In this document: positions 38,379-46,953 of the stretch, one piece after another
How positions within the stretch are numbered: position 1 is the stretch's first letter
Layout of the letters: each line of letters starts with the position of its first letter
Source: a virus
Direction: 5' to 3' (one strand)
DNA: 53,275 nt
UHGV virus genome: UHGV-0205694
Notes under the pieces: generated by a model
What the model saw: only the letters and a program-made list of their open reading frames with translations
The model's database searches: none
What the model was told of the DNA's origin: nothing
Program-made: the position numbers and the translations under genes

Positions 38379-38573
38379 ATGGCTGGCTACATTGTCGATT
38401 ATCAGGCAACTAAAAACGGGCAGGTAATTTATTCTGGAACACTGGCGGTTGAGTCAGAGGGAACTGATGCTGCAGTAAAGGAGGCAGTTACAGCCGAACT
38501 GAACAACATCAATACCCAGTATGGCGGCGGCGTACCAGACTCCGTCATCGTTAACTCTTGGCTGGGAATTTAA
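38379..38573 (+). CDS. small hypothetical protein, cassette A
   Basis: Position only. Confidence 0.3.
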   Translation: MAGYIVDYQATKNGQVIYSGTLAVESEGTDAAVKEAVTAELNNINTQYGGGVPDSVIVNSWLGI

Positions 38574-38681
38574 TTTAACCGTAAAAGGATATATCTTCAT
38601 ATTATTTAAGATGAATAGATTTGCGGCTGTCAGTCATCTGGACAGCCGCTCTCATCCATTAAATCTGTGCTGTGAAATAAT

Positions 38682-38957
38682 TTATTGTGAAAAATCCTCC
38701 ATAGTCACAAGCTGCGCTTCTGCTTGTTCTGCCCACGACTTTGAAGATAAAACATCTAAAGTAATAGGGTAATCACCAGCGTTGACCTTCGCTCCATCAT
38801 CATATCGTACTGATATTGATGCCATTAACAGTCCCGCATCATCTTGCCTGACACTTTCAACAGCATAAATCAGGTCAATGTCTATCTCTTTATCGCACAG
38901 ATACCCACCCAGATAATAAATCTGGACTGTTTTTGTTGTTGATAATTTGAAAGCCAT
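38682..38957 (-). CDS. small hypothetical protein, cassette B
   Basis: Downstream of tailspike B on the minus strand. Confidence 0.3.
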   Translation of the reverse strand: MAFKLSTTKTVQIYYLGGYLCDKEIDIDLIYAVESVRQDDAGLLMASISVRYDDGAKVNAGDYPITLDVLSSKSWAEQAEAQLVTMEDFSQ

Positions 38958-38966
38958 AACAATTCC

Positions 38967-41498
38967 TCACGAAGGTAAATAATATTTTTCGCCATAAATC
39001 AGCTTGCACAGACTGAATGCCGCAGCATCTGCGCCAGCCTTGTAACTGACGGTATAGCCGAGGTCATTCGGATGGTTGTAATTAGGAGAGTTAAAAAGCG
39101 CCGACCATCCGTGAACCTCAACACCCAGCCTGAACGAGGGGATTTCAGCCTCCAGTACAAATGCGGATTTCCCACGCGCCACTGCACGCACCATGCTGTT
39201 GTAAAGGCCAAAACGTACATCCCCAACAACTTTAATGCCGCTTCCTGACCAGTCGGCCTCCACAAACGATTTTGAAGGTGGCGGGTCCAGCACCTCTTCA
39301 ATAATGCTGTCGAGATTGATGTGCTGAATGCTGGTATTAAGCAGGCCTGAAACCGGGATATTTTCTGCAACGGTGATGGTTTTCCTGTCCTCGGATATGG
39401 CGGCAATGGTGTAATCACCGGCATTCACACCGCTAACCCGAAGAATGTGCCCCGGTCGCAGGATTTGCCCGCCCCAGCTGGTCGCTGCGTTTCCTGTGTC
39501 ATAGGCAAATGCCGTGCTGTTTATAGTTTTGCTCACTGAATCGAATGTAAAATTCGCTGTAACGTTGAAGGTTCGAACCGGCCACAGGACATTAAGATCA
39601 CCCAGCGTGATGTTTTTGACGGTGGCGGACTCGACATTGTGGTGCGGCGTGGTGCAGACAATAACCACAGCGCCCTTTGCAGTGCACTGGTCAATAAGAT
39701 CTTCCAGCACTGCCCGCTGAAGTGGGTACGTGCGCCCGCGGTTAAAGTTCCCGGTCGGTGTGGCATCATTCATCCCGCCGACAATCAGCACGATATCCGG
39801 CCAGTCTTCAGGCTCACTGCTGGTGAAATAGGGCGAGTTTTGTAGCTGCGCGGCAAACTGGTGTATCGCCTGGCCTCCGATACTCTGGTTGTCGTCGATA
39901 AACTCAAATTCGCCATAGCCAGAAAGGTGCTCTTTCATCGCTTCAATAAACAAAGCGCTAGGAGAGAACGGCGCGCCCACCACACCCCCGTCAGTGGACC
40001 CAGCCCCCAGGCCTATGGAGGAGCCGGGCGTGGTTATAATTATGCGCTTCTTGGTTACAGTTCTGACGCCATTGCTGAACGAAATTTTACCGAATGGCGA
40101 GGTATTGGCCTGGGTTCCGTCACCGATAAGCTTTTTGCTCAGTTTAACGTAGGGGTCAGTGATTGCACCCTGCAGAGTGGTGACATCGCTTATGAGGTTC
40201 AGAATGTCGGTAGTCGGGTCCCCGGCATACAGCAATTTAAAGTTATTCTGTGGTGAGCCTCGGTATTGCACGGTAACAGGCATTGCTGCCCGCAGCTCTC
40301 CGCCAGTTAGTGCGGTATTGGCTCCTTTAAACAAACTACGTGTGACTGAGTTCCCGTAGAGGTCTGTAATAACCAGCGTTGTTGCACCGGTATTCGCCAC
40401 CACAGGCTCAAACGTTATCTGAGTACCGTCACCCAAAGAGCCAGGGATCGTGATTGATACCGCATCAGGAGTAGAGGTATCACTTGTCACTGTGGCTTTG
40501 GAATACGCATTCAATAAGCGGTTTCTGTCTGCCGGGTAGGTCAGCAGCCGAAAATCTGCTGAAGCGAAATTGAATTTAACGAGATACGTATAACCCGCTA
40601 CCAAATCACCAGCCGCGACGTTCGAACCGTTATTCTGCTTTATCTGGCGAGCGGTACCGCCATTGACTGAAAGCGTTGGCGTTCTGGTCGTGTTAGTAGC
40701 GTTCGGAGTAAAGAGGAACACACGATCAGAAGCAACAATACCAGGGATTGTAGATGCGGTGCCGGAATATGCGTCGGCATTATTAACAACTCCCGAAAGT
40801 AACGCGATGCTGTTTATTTCCAGTGCTGAAATTCTGACAGCCAACTCGGCCGCTACCGGACCGGATGCGACCATAACAAAATTATTAGCAGTCCCGGTTC
40901 TGAATTGCATCAAAACGGGCTGGCCCAGAAGTAATTCACCTCCGGTTAACGTCCCGTTGTTTTGCTTCTGTATTGCGCGCGTGACGCTGTTTCCCTTCGT
41001 ATCTGTAACGGTCACATTGACCGCAGCAGTGTTTAGAATTGGGGAAAGAAAATAGACCAGGCTACCTTCAATCAACAGTCCAGGAATGGTGATAGCGATA
41101 GTATTAGCCGCGCTGCTGCTAACCGCGGTAGCAGACTGATATCCCGTTGGAATCGCCGATGGCATTTTCCGACCCGTTGCAACCAGCGTACCGCCGACAT
41201 TCATATACTCAATAGCCAGATAAGCATCATCAGGACTGCGCACATAGGTTGTTGACCCATCCGGGATATTGACGATATCCGTCTGGGCCGCCTCAGGCGT
41301 CATGTACTGCTTACTCAATGGCACAAGGTTCTGACGAATCTCGTCATTCTTCGCCATCATTCCGCGCCAGGTATCCAGATAAACGCCAGCGCGGTCCGGT
41401 TCGGTCGGCGCATCACCATTCACCAGCTTATCCAGGCGCTCGGCGTTATCGAGCAGCACTGCGGGAGACGTGCTCCCCAGCTCCGGGTTAAAGGCCAT
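38967..41498 (-). CDS. tailspike/tail fibre B (alternative, currently inverted) with SGNH-like esterase motifs
   Basis: N-terminus ~85% identical over ~110 aa to tailspike A; C-terminal motifs TPGSSIG, GGMNDA and NHPNDLGY. Confidence 0.65.
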   Translation of the reverse strand: MAFNPELGSTSPAVLLDNAERLDKLVNGDAPTEPDRAGVYLDTWRGMMAKNDEIRQNLVPLSKQYMTPEAAQTDIVNIPDGSTTYVRSPDDAYLAIEYMNVGGTLVATGRKMPSAIPTGYQSATAVSSSAANTIAITIPGLLIEGSLVYFLSPILNTAAVNVTVTDTKGNSVTRAIQKQNNGTLTGGELLLGQPVLMQFRTGTANNFVMVASGPVAAELAVRISALEINSIALLSGVVNNADAYSGTASTIPGIVASDRVFLFTPNATNTTRTPTLSVNGGTARQIKQNNGSNVAAGDLVAGYTYLVKFNFASADFRLLTYPADRNRLLNAYSKATVTSDTSTPDAVSITIPGSLGDGTQITFEPVVANTGATTLVITDLYGNSVTRSLFKGANTALTGGELRAAMPVTVQYRGSPQNNFKLLYAGDPTTDILNLISDVTTLQGAITDPYVKLSKKLIGDGTQANTSPFGKISFSNGVRTVTKKRIIITTPGSSIGLGAGSTDGGVVGAPFSPSALFIEAMKEHLSGYGEFEFIDDNQSIGGQAIHQFAAQLQNSPYFTSSEPEDWPDIVLIVGGMNDATPTGNFNRGRTYPLQRAVLEDLIDQCTAKGAVVIVCTTPHHNVESATVKNITLGDLNVLWPVRTFNVTANFTFDSVSKTINSTAFAYDTGNAATSWGGQILRPGHILRVSGVNAGDYTIAAISEDRKTITVAENIPVSGLLNTSIQHINLDSIIEEVLDPPPSKSFVEADWSGSGIKVVGDVRFGLYNSMVRAVARGKSAFVLEAEIPSFRLGVEVHGWSALFNSPNYNHPNDLGYTVSYKAGADAAAFSLCKLIYGEKYYLPS

Positions 41499-41521
41499 GT
41501 TTTTTGCTCCAAAAAATAGCG

Positions 41522-41547
41522 TTCGCTTAAACGAGGGTTTGAGCGAA
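41522..41547 (+). other. hix/gix-like 26-bp inversion crossover site (right, inverted)
   Basis: TTCGCTTAAACG-AG-GGTTTGAGCGAA; its reverse complement matches the left site at 23 of 26 positions. Confidence 0.5.
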
Positions 41548-41590
41548 CGCCAGGAGCTTTTTACAATCAGCTATTTCAAAGGGTTACATC

Positions 41591-42142
41591 ATGCTGATTG
41601 GTTACGCCAGGGTGTCAACCGGGGATCAAAACCTCGATTTACAGAAAAATGCGCTGATCCGCGCAGAATGTGAGCTGGTTTTCGAAGATACGGCGAGCGG
41701 GAAGAATGCCCGGAGACCAGGGCTAAAACGCGCGCTGCGGCGGCTGCGACCGGGGGACGTGCTGGTCGTCTGGAAACTGGACAGACTGGGCCGCAGCGTG
41801 CGCGATCTGATTACGCTCGTGTCGGAGCTGCAGGCGCGCGGGGTGAATTTCCGCAGCCTGACGGACAGCATAGATACCAGTACGCCAGCAGGACGCTTTT
41901 TCTTCCATGTAATGAGCGCTCTGGCGGAAATGGAAAGAGAGCTGATCGTCGAGCGTACCCGCGCCGGTTTAGCAGCGGCAAGGGAGCAGGGGCGCATCGG
42001 TGGTCGCCGCCGGGTAATGACCGAAGAAGTAGTGGAACGCTGCCGCCGGATGTTGGATGCAGGTGCCACCCGTCAGCAGGTGGCGGGAGTGATCGGGGTA
42101 GATGTGAAGACGATCTATAAGTACCTGCCAGCTGCTGAATAA
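41591..42142 (+). CDS. serine recombinase, DNA invertase (Hin/Gin/Pin/Cin family)
   Basis: MLIGYARVSTGDQNLDLQ catalytic-Ser N-terminus; 183 aa; C-terminal HTH. Confidence 0.85.
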   Translation: MLIGYARVSTGDQNLDLQKNALIRAECELVFEDTASGKNARRPGLKRALRRLRPGDVLVVWKLDRLGRSVRDLITLVSELQARGVNFRSLTDSIDTSTPAGRFFFHVMSALAEMERELIVERTRAGLAAAREQGRIGGRRRVMTEEVVERCRRMLDAGATRQQVAGVIGVDVKTIYKYLPAAE

Positions 42143-42210
42143 TCATTAATTTGCGTCGGTGTGCCTGATTGATAGCTGCAATCTCTATTGATCAGATTAA
42201 CGAATATAAC

Positions 42211-42230
42211 TACTGTATATAAAAACAGTA
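42211..42230 (+). promoter_or_regulatory. LexA box
   Basis: TACTGTATATAAAAACAGTA (CTGT-N8-ACAG). Confidence 0.65.
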
Positions 42231-42248
42231 TTTATATGAGGTGAAATT

Positions 42249-42488
42249 ATGCCGCGAAACTCAGATATCGAAATGGCCTGGCGTCAGGCAATTGTCATTG
42301 AATCAAATGGCCGCCGTACAGTGACAACATCCAGGTTTATCTTGGAACTCGCAAAAGTTAACTGGATATGGTCTCCGCGTCAGGCAAACCAGTGGATAGA
42401 GCATTATGTGACGACGTTCCGTGATGTCTCAACGAAAGAGGGGGATGAGCGAACATTCCAGCTTTATAACCCGAACGGAGGGCTGTAA
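42249..42488 (+). CDS. hypothetical protein (79 aa), first gene of a LexA-controlled pair
   Basis: GAGGTG Shine-Dalgarno; LexA box 19 bp upstream. Confidence 0.4.
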   Translation: MPRNSDIEMAWRQAIVIESNGRRTVTTSRFILELAKVNWIWSPRQANQWIEHYVTTFRDVSTKEGDERTFQLYNPNGGL

Positions 42489-42490
42489 TC

Positions 42491-42808
42491 GTGGGATTCC
42501 CGTCACCGGCTACGGATTACATTGAAACTGCTTTGACAGTGAATTCTCTGTGCAATATCGGTGCAAACTCGCGAGTTATCCCCACCGACCGTGGGTATGT
42601 CGTTCTGGACTTGTCGCTGAAGGTTAAGCAGGGGAGTATTCTACTTATACGTTCGGCAGGAGAACTGCAGTTTGCAAAGCTAATGGGCCGTTCATTTATC
42701 ACAGTTGAGGGAGAATCGATTGAAGGTGATGCCATGGATGAGGTAGAAGTGCTCGGAGTCGCAACGCACGTGATCAATGATATGCGGCAAGATGATGCTC
42801 CTGTTTAA
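42491..42808 (+). CDS. UmuD'-like protein (pre-truncated, HumD-like), S24 fold with degenerate Ser site
   Basis: MGFPSPATDYIE... matches the UmuD' N-terminus (GFPSPAADYVEQ); C-terminus VLGVATHVINDMR resembles VFGVVIHVVKAMR; GDSM is replaced by TDRG. Confidence 0.7.
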   Translation: MGFPSPATDYIETALTVNSLCNIGANSRVIPTDRGYVVLDLSLKVKQGSILLIRSAGELQFAKLMGRSFITVEGESIEGDAMDEVEVLGVATHVINDMRQDDAPV

Positions 42809-42809
42809 T

Positions 42810-43258
42810 GAAAGGATTTAGTTTCTCGATAAAACATAAGAAGAGCCTTGCGATAATCCTGGTTCGTTCCTGTAACGTATCCCTTGCTGACGATTAAGGC
42901 GCTACAGTGTAATATGCAGGCCAGCATACGGACAGGTAGGTTTGAGATAGTGTCCACCGATGTGTCCATTAAATAGAAAACGTTACAAAATAAGGTTAAA
43001 AAATCCTTATATATGAAGAATATAAGAAACTTTTCAATCATCGCTCACATCGATAATTGACACCAAGACACCCTAAGCCAACCTTAGACAATTTCTCGCT
43101 CAAGACCCGCCACAATCAACCCTCTTCGAAAAACTACTGTTTACATATACAGACAACCTAAGACAACGTAAGCCACTCTTTTTGTGTCCATAGCCGCGTC
43201 CATGAACTATGATGGACACGATCACAACATTTCTGATGGACACGGTGGATTATTTTCT
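42810..43258. other. AT-rich attP-like region with candidate arm-type repeats upstream of int
   Basis: CCTTAGACAAT / CCTAAGACAAC and two GATGGACACG repeats; position next to a P4-type integrase. Confidence 0.35.
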
Positions 43259-44488
43259 ATGGCTATTTCAGATAGTTATCTAAAGTCTTGCCTCGGGCGT
43301 GAAAGAGAAAAGGTCGAAGAGAAATCAGACCGCGACGGCCTGTGGGTGCGCATATCCCGGAAGGGGGCGGTAACCTTTTTCTACCGTTACCGTTTTCTTG
43401 GTAAGCAGGACAAGATGACGATCGGTAGTTATCCTGAGTTTGGATTAAAAGCAGCTCGTGAGGAGGTCGTTAAATGGTCGGCTATCCTCGCCCGGGGTGA
43501 GAACCCCCGGATCCGCCAGAGTCTGGATAAAGCAAAAATAAACAGTCAGCACTCGTTTGAAGAATTATTTCGTGAATGGCACGAGATGGTCTGTATCCAA
43601 AAGGAAACGGCTGACCAGATCCTGAGAACGTTCGAACTTCATGTATTCCCAAAGCTCGGGAAGTACCCGGCTAACCAACTCACATTACATAATTGGCTAA
43701 CCGTCCTGGACCGACTCGCCGAAGGCTACACAGAAATCACGAAGCGGGTGATCAGTAACGGCCGGCAGTGCTATTCATGGGCAGTTAAGCGCCAGTTACT
43801 GGAAAATAACCCACTGTCAGAGCTTTCCGGGCGTGACTTTGGCATTCAGAAAAAGATGGGGGAGCGGACGCTTAATCGCAAAGAACTGGCCATTGTCTGG
43901 CGTGCTATTGAAGATTCCCGCCTCATGGAAAGAAACAAGATAATGTACAAGTTATGCCTGGTTTGGGCTTGCAGGGTTGGGGAGATCCGTTTGGCAGAAG
44001 TTCAGCACTTTGATTTTGAAGAAGGTGTATGGACAGTGCCATGGGAAAACCACAAGACCGGTCGCAAGACCAAAAAGCCGCTGATAAGGCCGATCATCCC
44101 AGAAATGTTACCATTACTAAAAAGGGCCATTGAACTGGCACCCGGCCGGTATGTCTTCTCAAGGTATGAGGATAAGCCGATGAGTGAAGGTTTCCACTTA
44201 AGCATCAGCAGCAACCTGGTTAAGTTTATGCTGAAGTCATACAGTGAGCAGGTCCCTCACTTTACCGTTCACGATCTGCGCAGAACAGCGAGAACTAACT
44301 TTTCTGAGCTGACGCAACCGCATATTGCAGAAATTATGCTGGGGCATAAATTGCCCGGCGTCTGGTCAGTCTATGACAAGCATACTTATATCGAAGAAAT
44401 GCGCGATGCCTATAGCAGATGGTGGGCTCGACTGATGAGCATCATCGAGCCCGATGTGCTGGAGTTCACGCCGAGGCATGCCGGGTAA
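43259..44488 (+). CDS. tyrosine integrase, P4-like (N-terminal arm-binding DUF4102-type domain); longest ORF begins at 43184
   Basis: GLWVRISRKGAVTFFYRYRFLGK...IGSYP N-domain; catalytic HDLRRT box and C-terminal Tyr. Confidence 0.8.
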   Translation: MAISDSYLKSCLGREREKVEEKSDRDGLWVRISRKGAVTFFYRYRFLGKQDKMTIGSYPEFGLKAAREEVVKWSAILARGENPRIRQSLDKAKINSQHSFEELFREWHEMVCIQKETADQILRTFELHVFPKLGKYPANQLTLHNWLTVLDRLAEGYTEITKRVISNGRQCYSWAVKRQLLENNPLSELSGRDFGIQKKMGERTLNRKELAIVWRAIEDSRLMERNKIMYKLCLVWACRVGEIRLAEVQHFDFEEGVWTVPWENHKTGRKTKKPLIRPIIPEMLPLLKRAIELAPGRYVFSRYEDKPMSEGFHLSISSNLVKFMLKSYSEQVPHFTVHDLRRTARTNFSELTQPHIAEIMLGHKLPGVWSVYDKHTYIEEMRDAYSRWWARLMSIIEPDVLEFTPRHAG

Positions 44489-44756
44489 GGCGCCCCTTTA
44501 CATCCCTTACCAGATCGTTGAGGTGTGACATAGGGCGGCGCGTTCTGCGTCGCATCTCTTTTTCCTGCCACTCGGTGACCTTGCTCTTTAGCCACTTATT
44601 TGGACCGCCCATATAGGAGCAGTCCGGTGCAGGGAATGGATTATCATTTTTCTTTCGCTTCCGGTAGCGATCGAGTGTCCGCGGTGTGATGCTCAGTTGT
44701 TCGCAAATATCGCGAGTTTTCATTAATTCGAGTTCGTTGCCCATCATTTCCTCCAC
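44466..44756 (-). CDS. AlpA-family excisionase/regulator-like protein
   Basis: ICEQLSITPRTLDRYRKRKKNDNPFPAP...W; small HTH protein next to int. Confidence 0.55.
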   Translation of the reverse strand: MEEMMGNELELMKTRDICEQLSITPRTLDRYRKRKKNDNPFPAPDCSYMGGPNKWLKSKVTEWQEKEMRRRTRRPMSHLNDLVRDVKGRLTRHASA

Positions 44757-44781
44757 TGGCCCTTTACAGGGCCATCTCTAA

Positions 44782-45021
44782 TCAGTCAGTCTGGCCCGGG
44801 AGACTTCTCAGTCTGCGCATTCCTGTCATCGCTGTGGCGACGTAGCTTTTATGGCGATTGACTACCTCAACCCAGACTTTCACTCCTTCAACTTCTACGG
44901 TGTAAGTCACTTTTCTTTCGCAGTGTCCATAATTCCCATAACGCTCAAAATGCTTCGCCAGTGCCGCATCGCATGCCTGACGCCCCAGCGGAGATTGTTT
45001 GCTTCGGTTTATCAGTCGCAT
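44782..45021 (-). CDS. hypothetical protein
   Basis: ORF in the leftward operon; start set at an internal Met to avoid overlap. Confidence 0.3.
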   Translation of the reverse strand: MRLINRSKQSPLGRQACDAALAKHFERYGNYGHCERKVTYTVEVEGVKVWVEVVNRHKSYVATAMTGMRRLRSLPGQTD

Positions 45022-45028
45022 ATCCACC

Positions 45029-45337
45029 TCACACAAATACATCAACCGGATCGCCAGCTGCACGCGCGTTGTCGTTAGCTTCACGGCGGAGGCCGAGAAC
45101 ATAACCAACGGGATCCCAACTGGACAGAATCGCGTTGAGCTCCTTCTGGCTATGCCAAGTTGTCAGGCGTTTTTTAAGCTCGGTGGCGCATGCGCGCACG
45201 TTCGCCCGGGTGGGGCCGGACATTTTCATGCACAGGCATAATGTCAACAGCAGATCAGAATACTCATCGGCGGCCGCGCGCAATGCTGCCGGGTCAATGC
45301 TGGCTTCCAGTTCGGATAAACGGTGTTTAAGGCTCAT
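45029..45337 (-). CDS. hypothetical protein
   Basis: ORF in the leftward operon. Confidence 0.35.
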   Translation of the reverse strand: MSLKHRLSELEASIDPAALRAAADEYSDLLLTLCLCMKMSGPTRANVRACATELKKRLTTWHSQKELNAILSSWDPVGYVLGLRREANDNARAAGDPVDVFV

Positions 45338-45819
45338 CAGTATTCCCCCCAGCTATAAGTTGACGCTATCGGGCCCGGAGCCGCGGCAGCCACAAACCCT
45401 GTATCTGCAGGCAATTTCTTAACCGTGCATCGATATCCACCTGTAATCATCCCTGCATCATGAAGCCCCGCCAGGCACATTTTCACCGTTTCTGCTGTAA
45501 GCTGGATTTTTTCAAGCTGATACATTTTCCGGTACACAAACGCTCGCAAAGCCTCTTCTCGCGTGTAGTGGTAACGAGAACGGTAAGCACCTTTTAAGCA
45601 GCGCTTTACGTGATATTTTTGATTCTCTTTCCGGCCGGTGTTGCGATACTGCACAAGCTGCTCAAACGTCATTTGCGGCATATCTTCGACATGCCAGAAG
45701 GTTTTCTCCGTCTCACGAATAATGACCCGCTTCCAAAGTGTTACGACCGGGCGACCTTCGCCATCATGACCATCGTCGTAGCGGTAGCAGTATTTTTTAC
45801 CGTCAGTGATTTTGCTCAT
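45337..45819 (-). CDS. hypothetical protein (160 aa)
   Basis: ORF in the leftward operon, coupled to the upstream gene. Confidence 0.4.
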   Translation of the reverse strand: MSKITDGKKYCYRYDDGHDGEGRPVVTLWKRVIIRETEKTFWHVEDMPQMTFEQLVQYRNTGRKENQKYHVKRCLKGAYRSRYHYTREEALRAFVYRKMYQLEKIQLTAETVKMCLAGLHDAGMITGGYRCTVKKLPADTGFVAAAAPGPIASTYSWGEY

Positions 45820-45853
45820 TTGATTACCGGGAGGGCGTACCCTCCCGCCTCCC

Positions 45854-46942
45854 TTAGCCCACGTATTCCGGTTTCATATCGTCAAGGGTGATGCGGAACT
45901 GTTCATACAGTTCATCACCAAGATGGCGTTTGGCGGCGGTGAGGGTGCCTTCAGCTTTAGCAAACAGCTCGACAGCTTCCGGTTCGCCAGGGTTAGGCAG
46001 TGAATTGATCGCGGCCTCAATCTTGTTTCGTGCATCAACGAGGTAGTAGCGTTTCACTGCCTTGTTTTTCAGTTCGGTATACAGAGCAGTACCCAGCAGT
46101 GCTTTTTGCGATTCGATATCTACGCGGATGGCTTTAGCCTGATCAACAGAACTTGCAGAATCAATCCGGTTGCGCAGTTCGTCCGCTACAGAGTCAACGT
46201 TGACTGCAGAGTCTTGCACGCTGGCGGAAGCGCCCGCGGAGCTTGTAATCTCATCCAGCGTGATTTTTTCAGCCTGAGCCGGGTTGATTACCTTTTCCTC
46301 GCGCTCGTCAATCTCATCTGCGGTATAGACACCGAGGATCACATCCGGGCAGTACAGCCGCGCCCAACGTTTAACGGCGAGATAAGCCAGCTGCTGACGG
46401 GGATCTGTCGCCCAGAGTGTTGAATTGCGAACCTGTGCCTGCGAAAGCATCAGGACAAGCTCGCGAGGTTCGGATTCTCCTTTGAGCGTTGCCCAGGCGC
46501 GAACGCCCACACCAGCTTCATCTTTCAAATTCCAGCCCGGAGCGATGTACTTCTTGTTCTGGCTGCTTGTCTTCTCTATGAAGCGCCCTACGATATTTTC
46601 CCATTCCCCGAACCATTCGAAGTGGATTCGATCCTTTGTTGGCGCCATGGTATTGATTACCGCATTCACCAGTTGCGCTTCATAGCCAAGAACACCTGAA
46701 TTACCCACGATGAATGTTTTCTGTGCCACTGCGAATGGGTCCATGCCCCAGCGTGCAGCCTGCATTACAACAGCCATGCACGCATCTGGTTTCCCGCGGT
46801 AATGCTCGGGCACGAAGTTTCCACTATTGGCCATTACCTCCGAGAGCGTGCGCAGGCGGTTGAACAATTCACCATTCGTCAGGATTGAAACGTTGTCGAT
46901 CTTCTGGGTCTGGTTGTCAGTAGTTGCGACTAAATTGGACAT
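45854..46942 (-). CDS. recT: RecT-family single-strand annealing protein
   Basis: 362 aa; pairs with the large exonuclease gene immediately upstream; composition resembles Rac RecT. Confidence 0.65.
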   Translation of the reverse strand: MSNLVATTDNQTQKIDNVSILTNGELFNRLRTLSEVMANSGNFVPEHYRGKPDACMAVVMQAARWGMDPFAVAQKTFIVGNSGVLGYEAQLVNAVINTMAPTKDRIHFEWFGEWENIVGRFIEKTSSQNKKYIAPGWNLKDEAGVGVRAWATLKGESEPRELVLMLSQAQVRNSTLWATDPRQQLAYLAVKRWARLYCPDVILGVYTADEIDEREEKVINPAQAEKITLDEITSSAGASASVQDSAVNVDSVADELRNRIDSASSVDQAKAIRVDIESQKALLGTALYTELKNKAVKRYYLVDARNKIEAAINSLPNPGEPEAVELFAKAEGTLTAAKRHLGDELYEQFRITLDDMKPEYVG

Positions 46943-46953
46943 TGTTTTTCCCC

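Larger units (their letters stand above)
35408..41547. mobile_element. invertible tail-fibre switching segment (~6.1 kb) bounded by inverted hix-like sites
   Basis: Inverted repeats cover the sites, 5' UTRs and the first ~330 bp of the two tailspike genes; a Hin/Gin-family invertase gene is adjacent. Confidence 0.55.

Noticed and set aside
42855-42890. GGTTCGTTCC-like string as a possible tRNA T-arm or att core.
   Set aside because: The flanking bases do not form a T-stem or acceptor stem, and no cloverleaf can be drawn. The real att core cannot be called without host sequence.
44419-44616. Plus-strand 65-aa ORF overlapping the end of int and the AlpA-like gene.
   Set aside because: It overlaps two better-supported genes and has no ribosome-binding site, so it is likely spurious.
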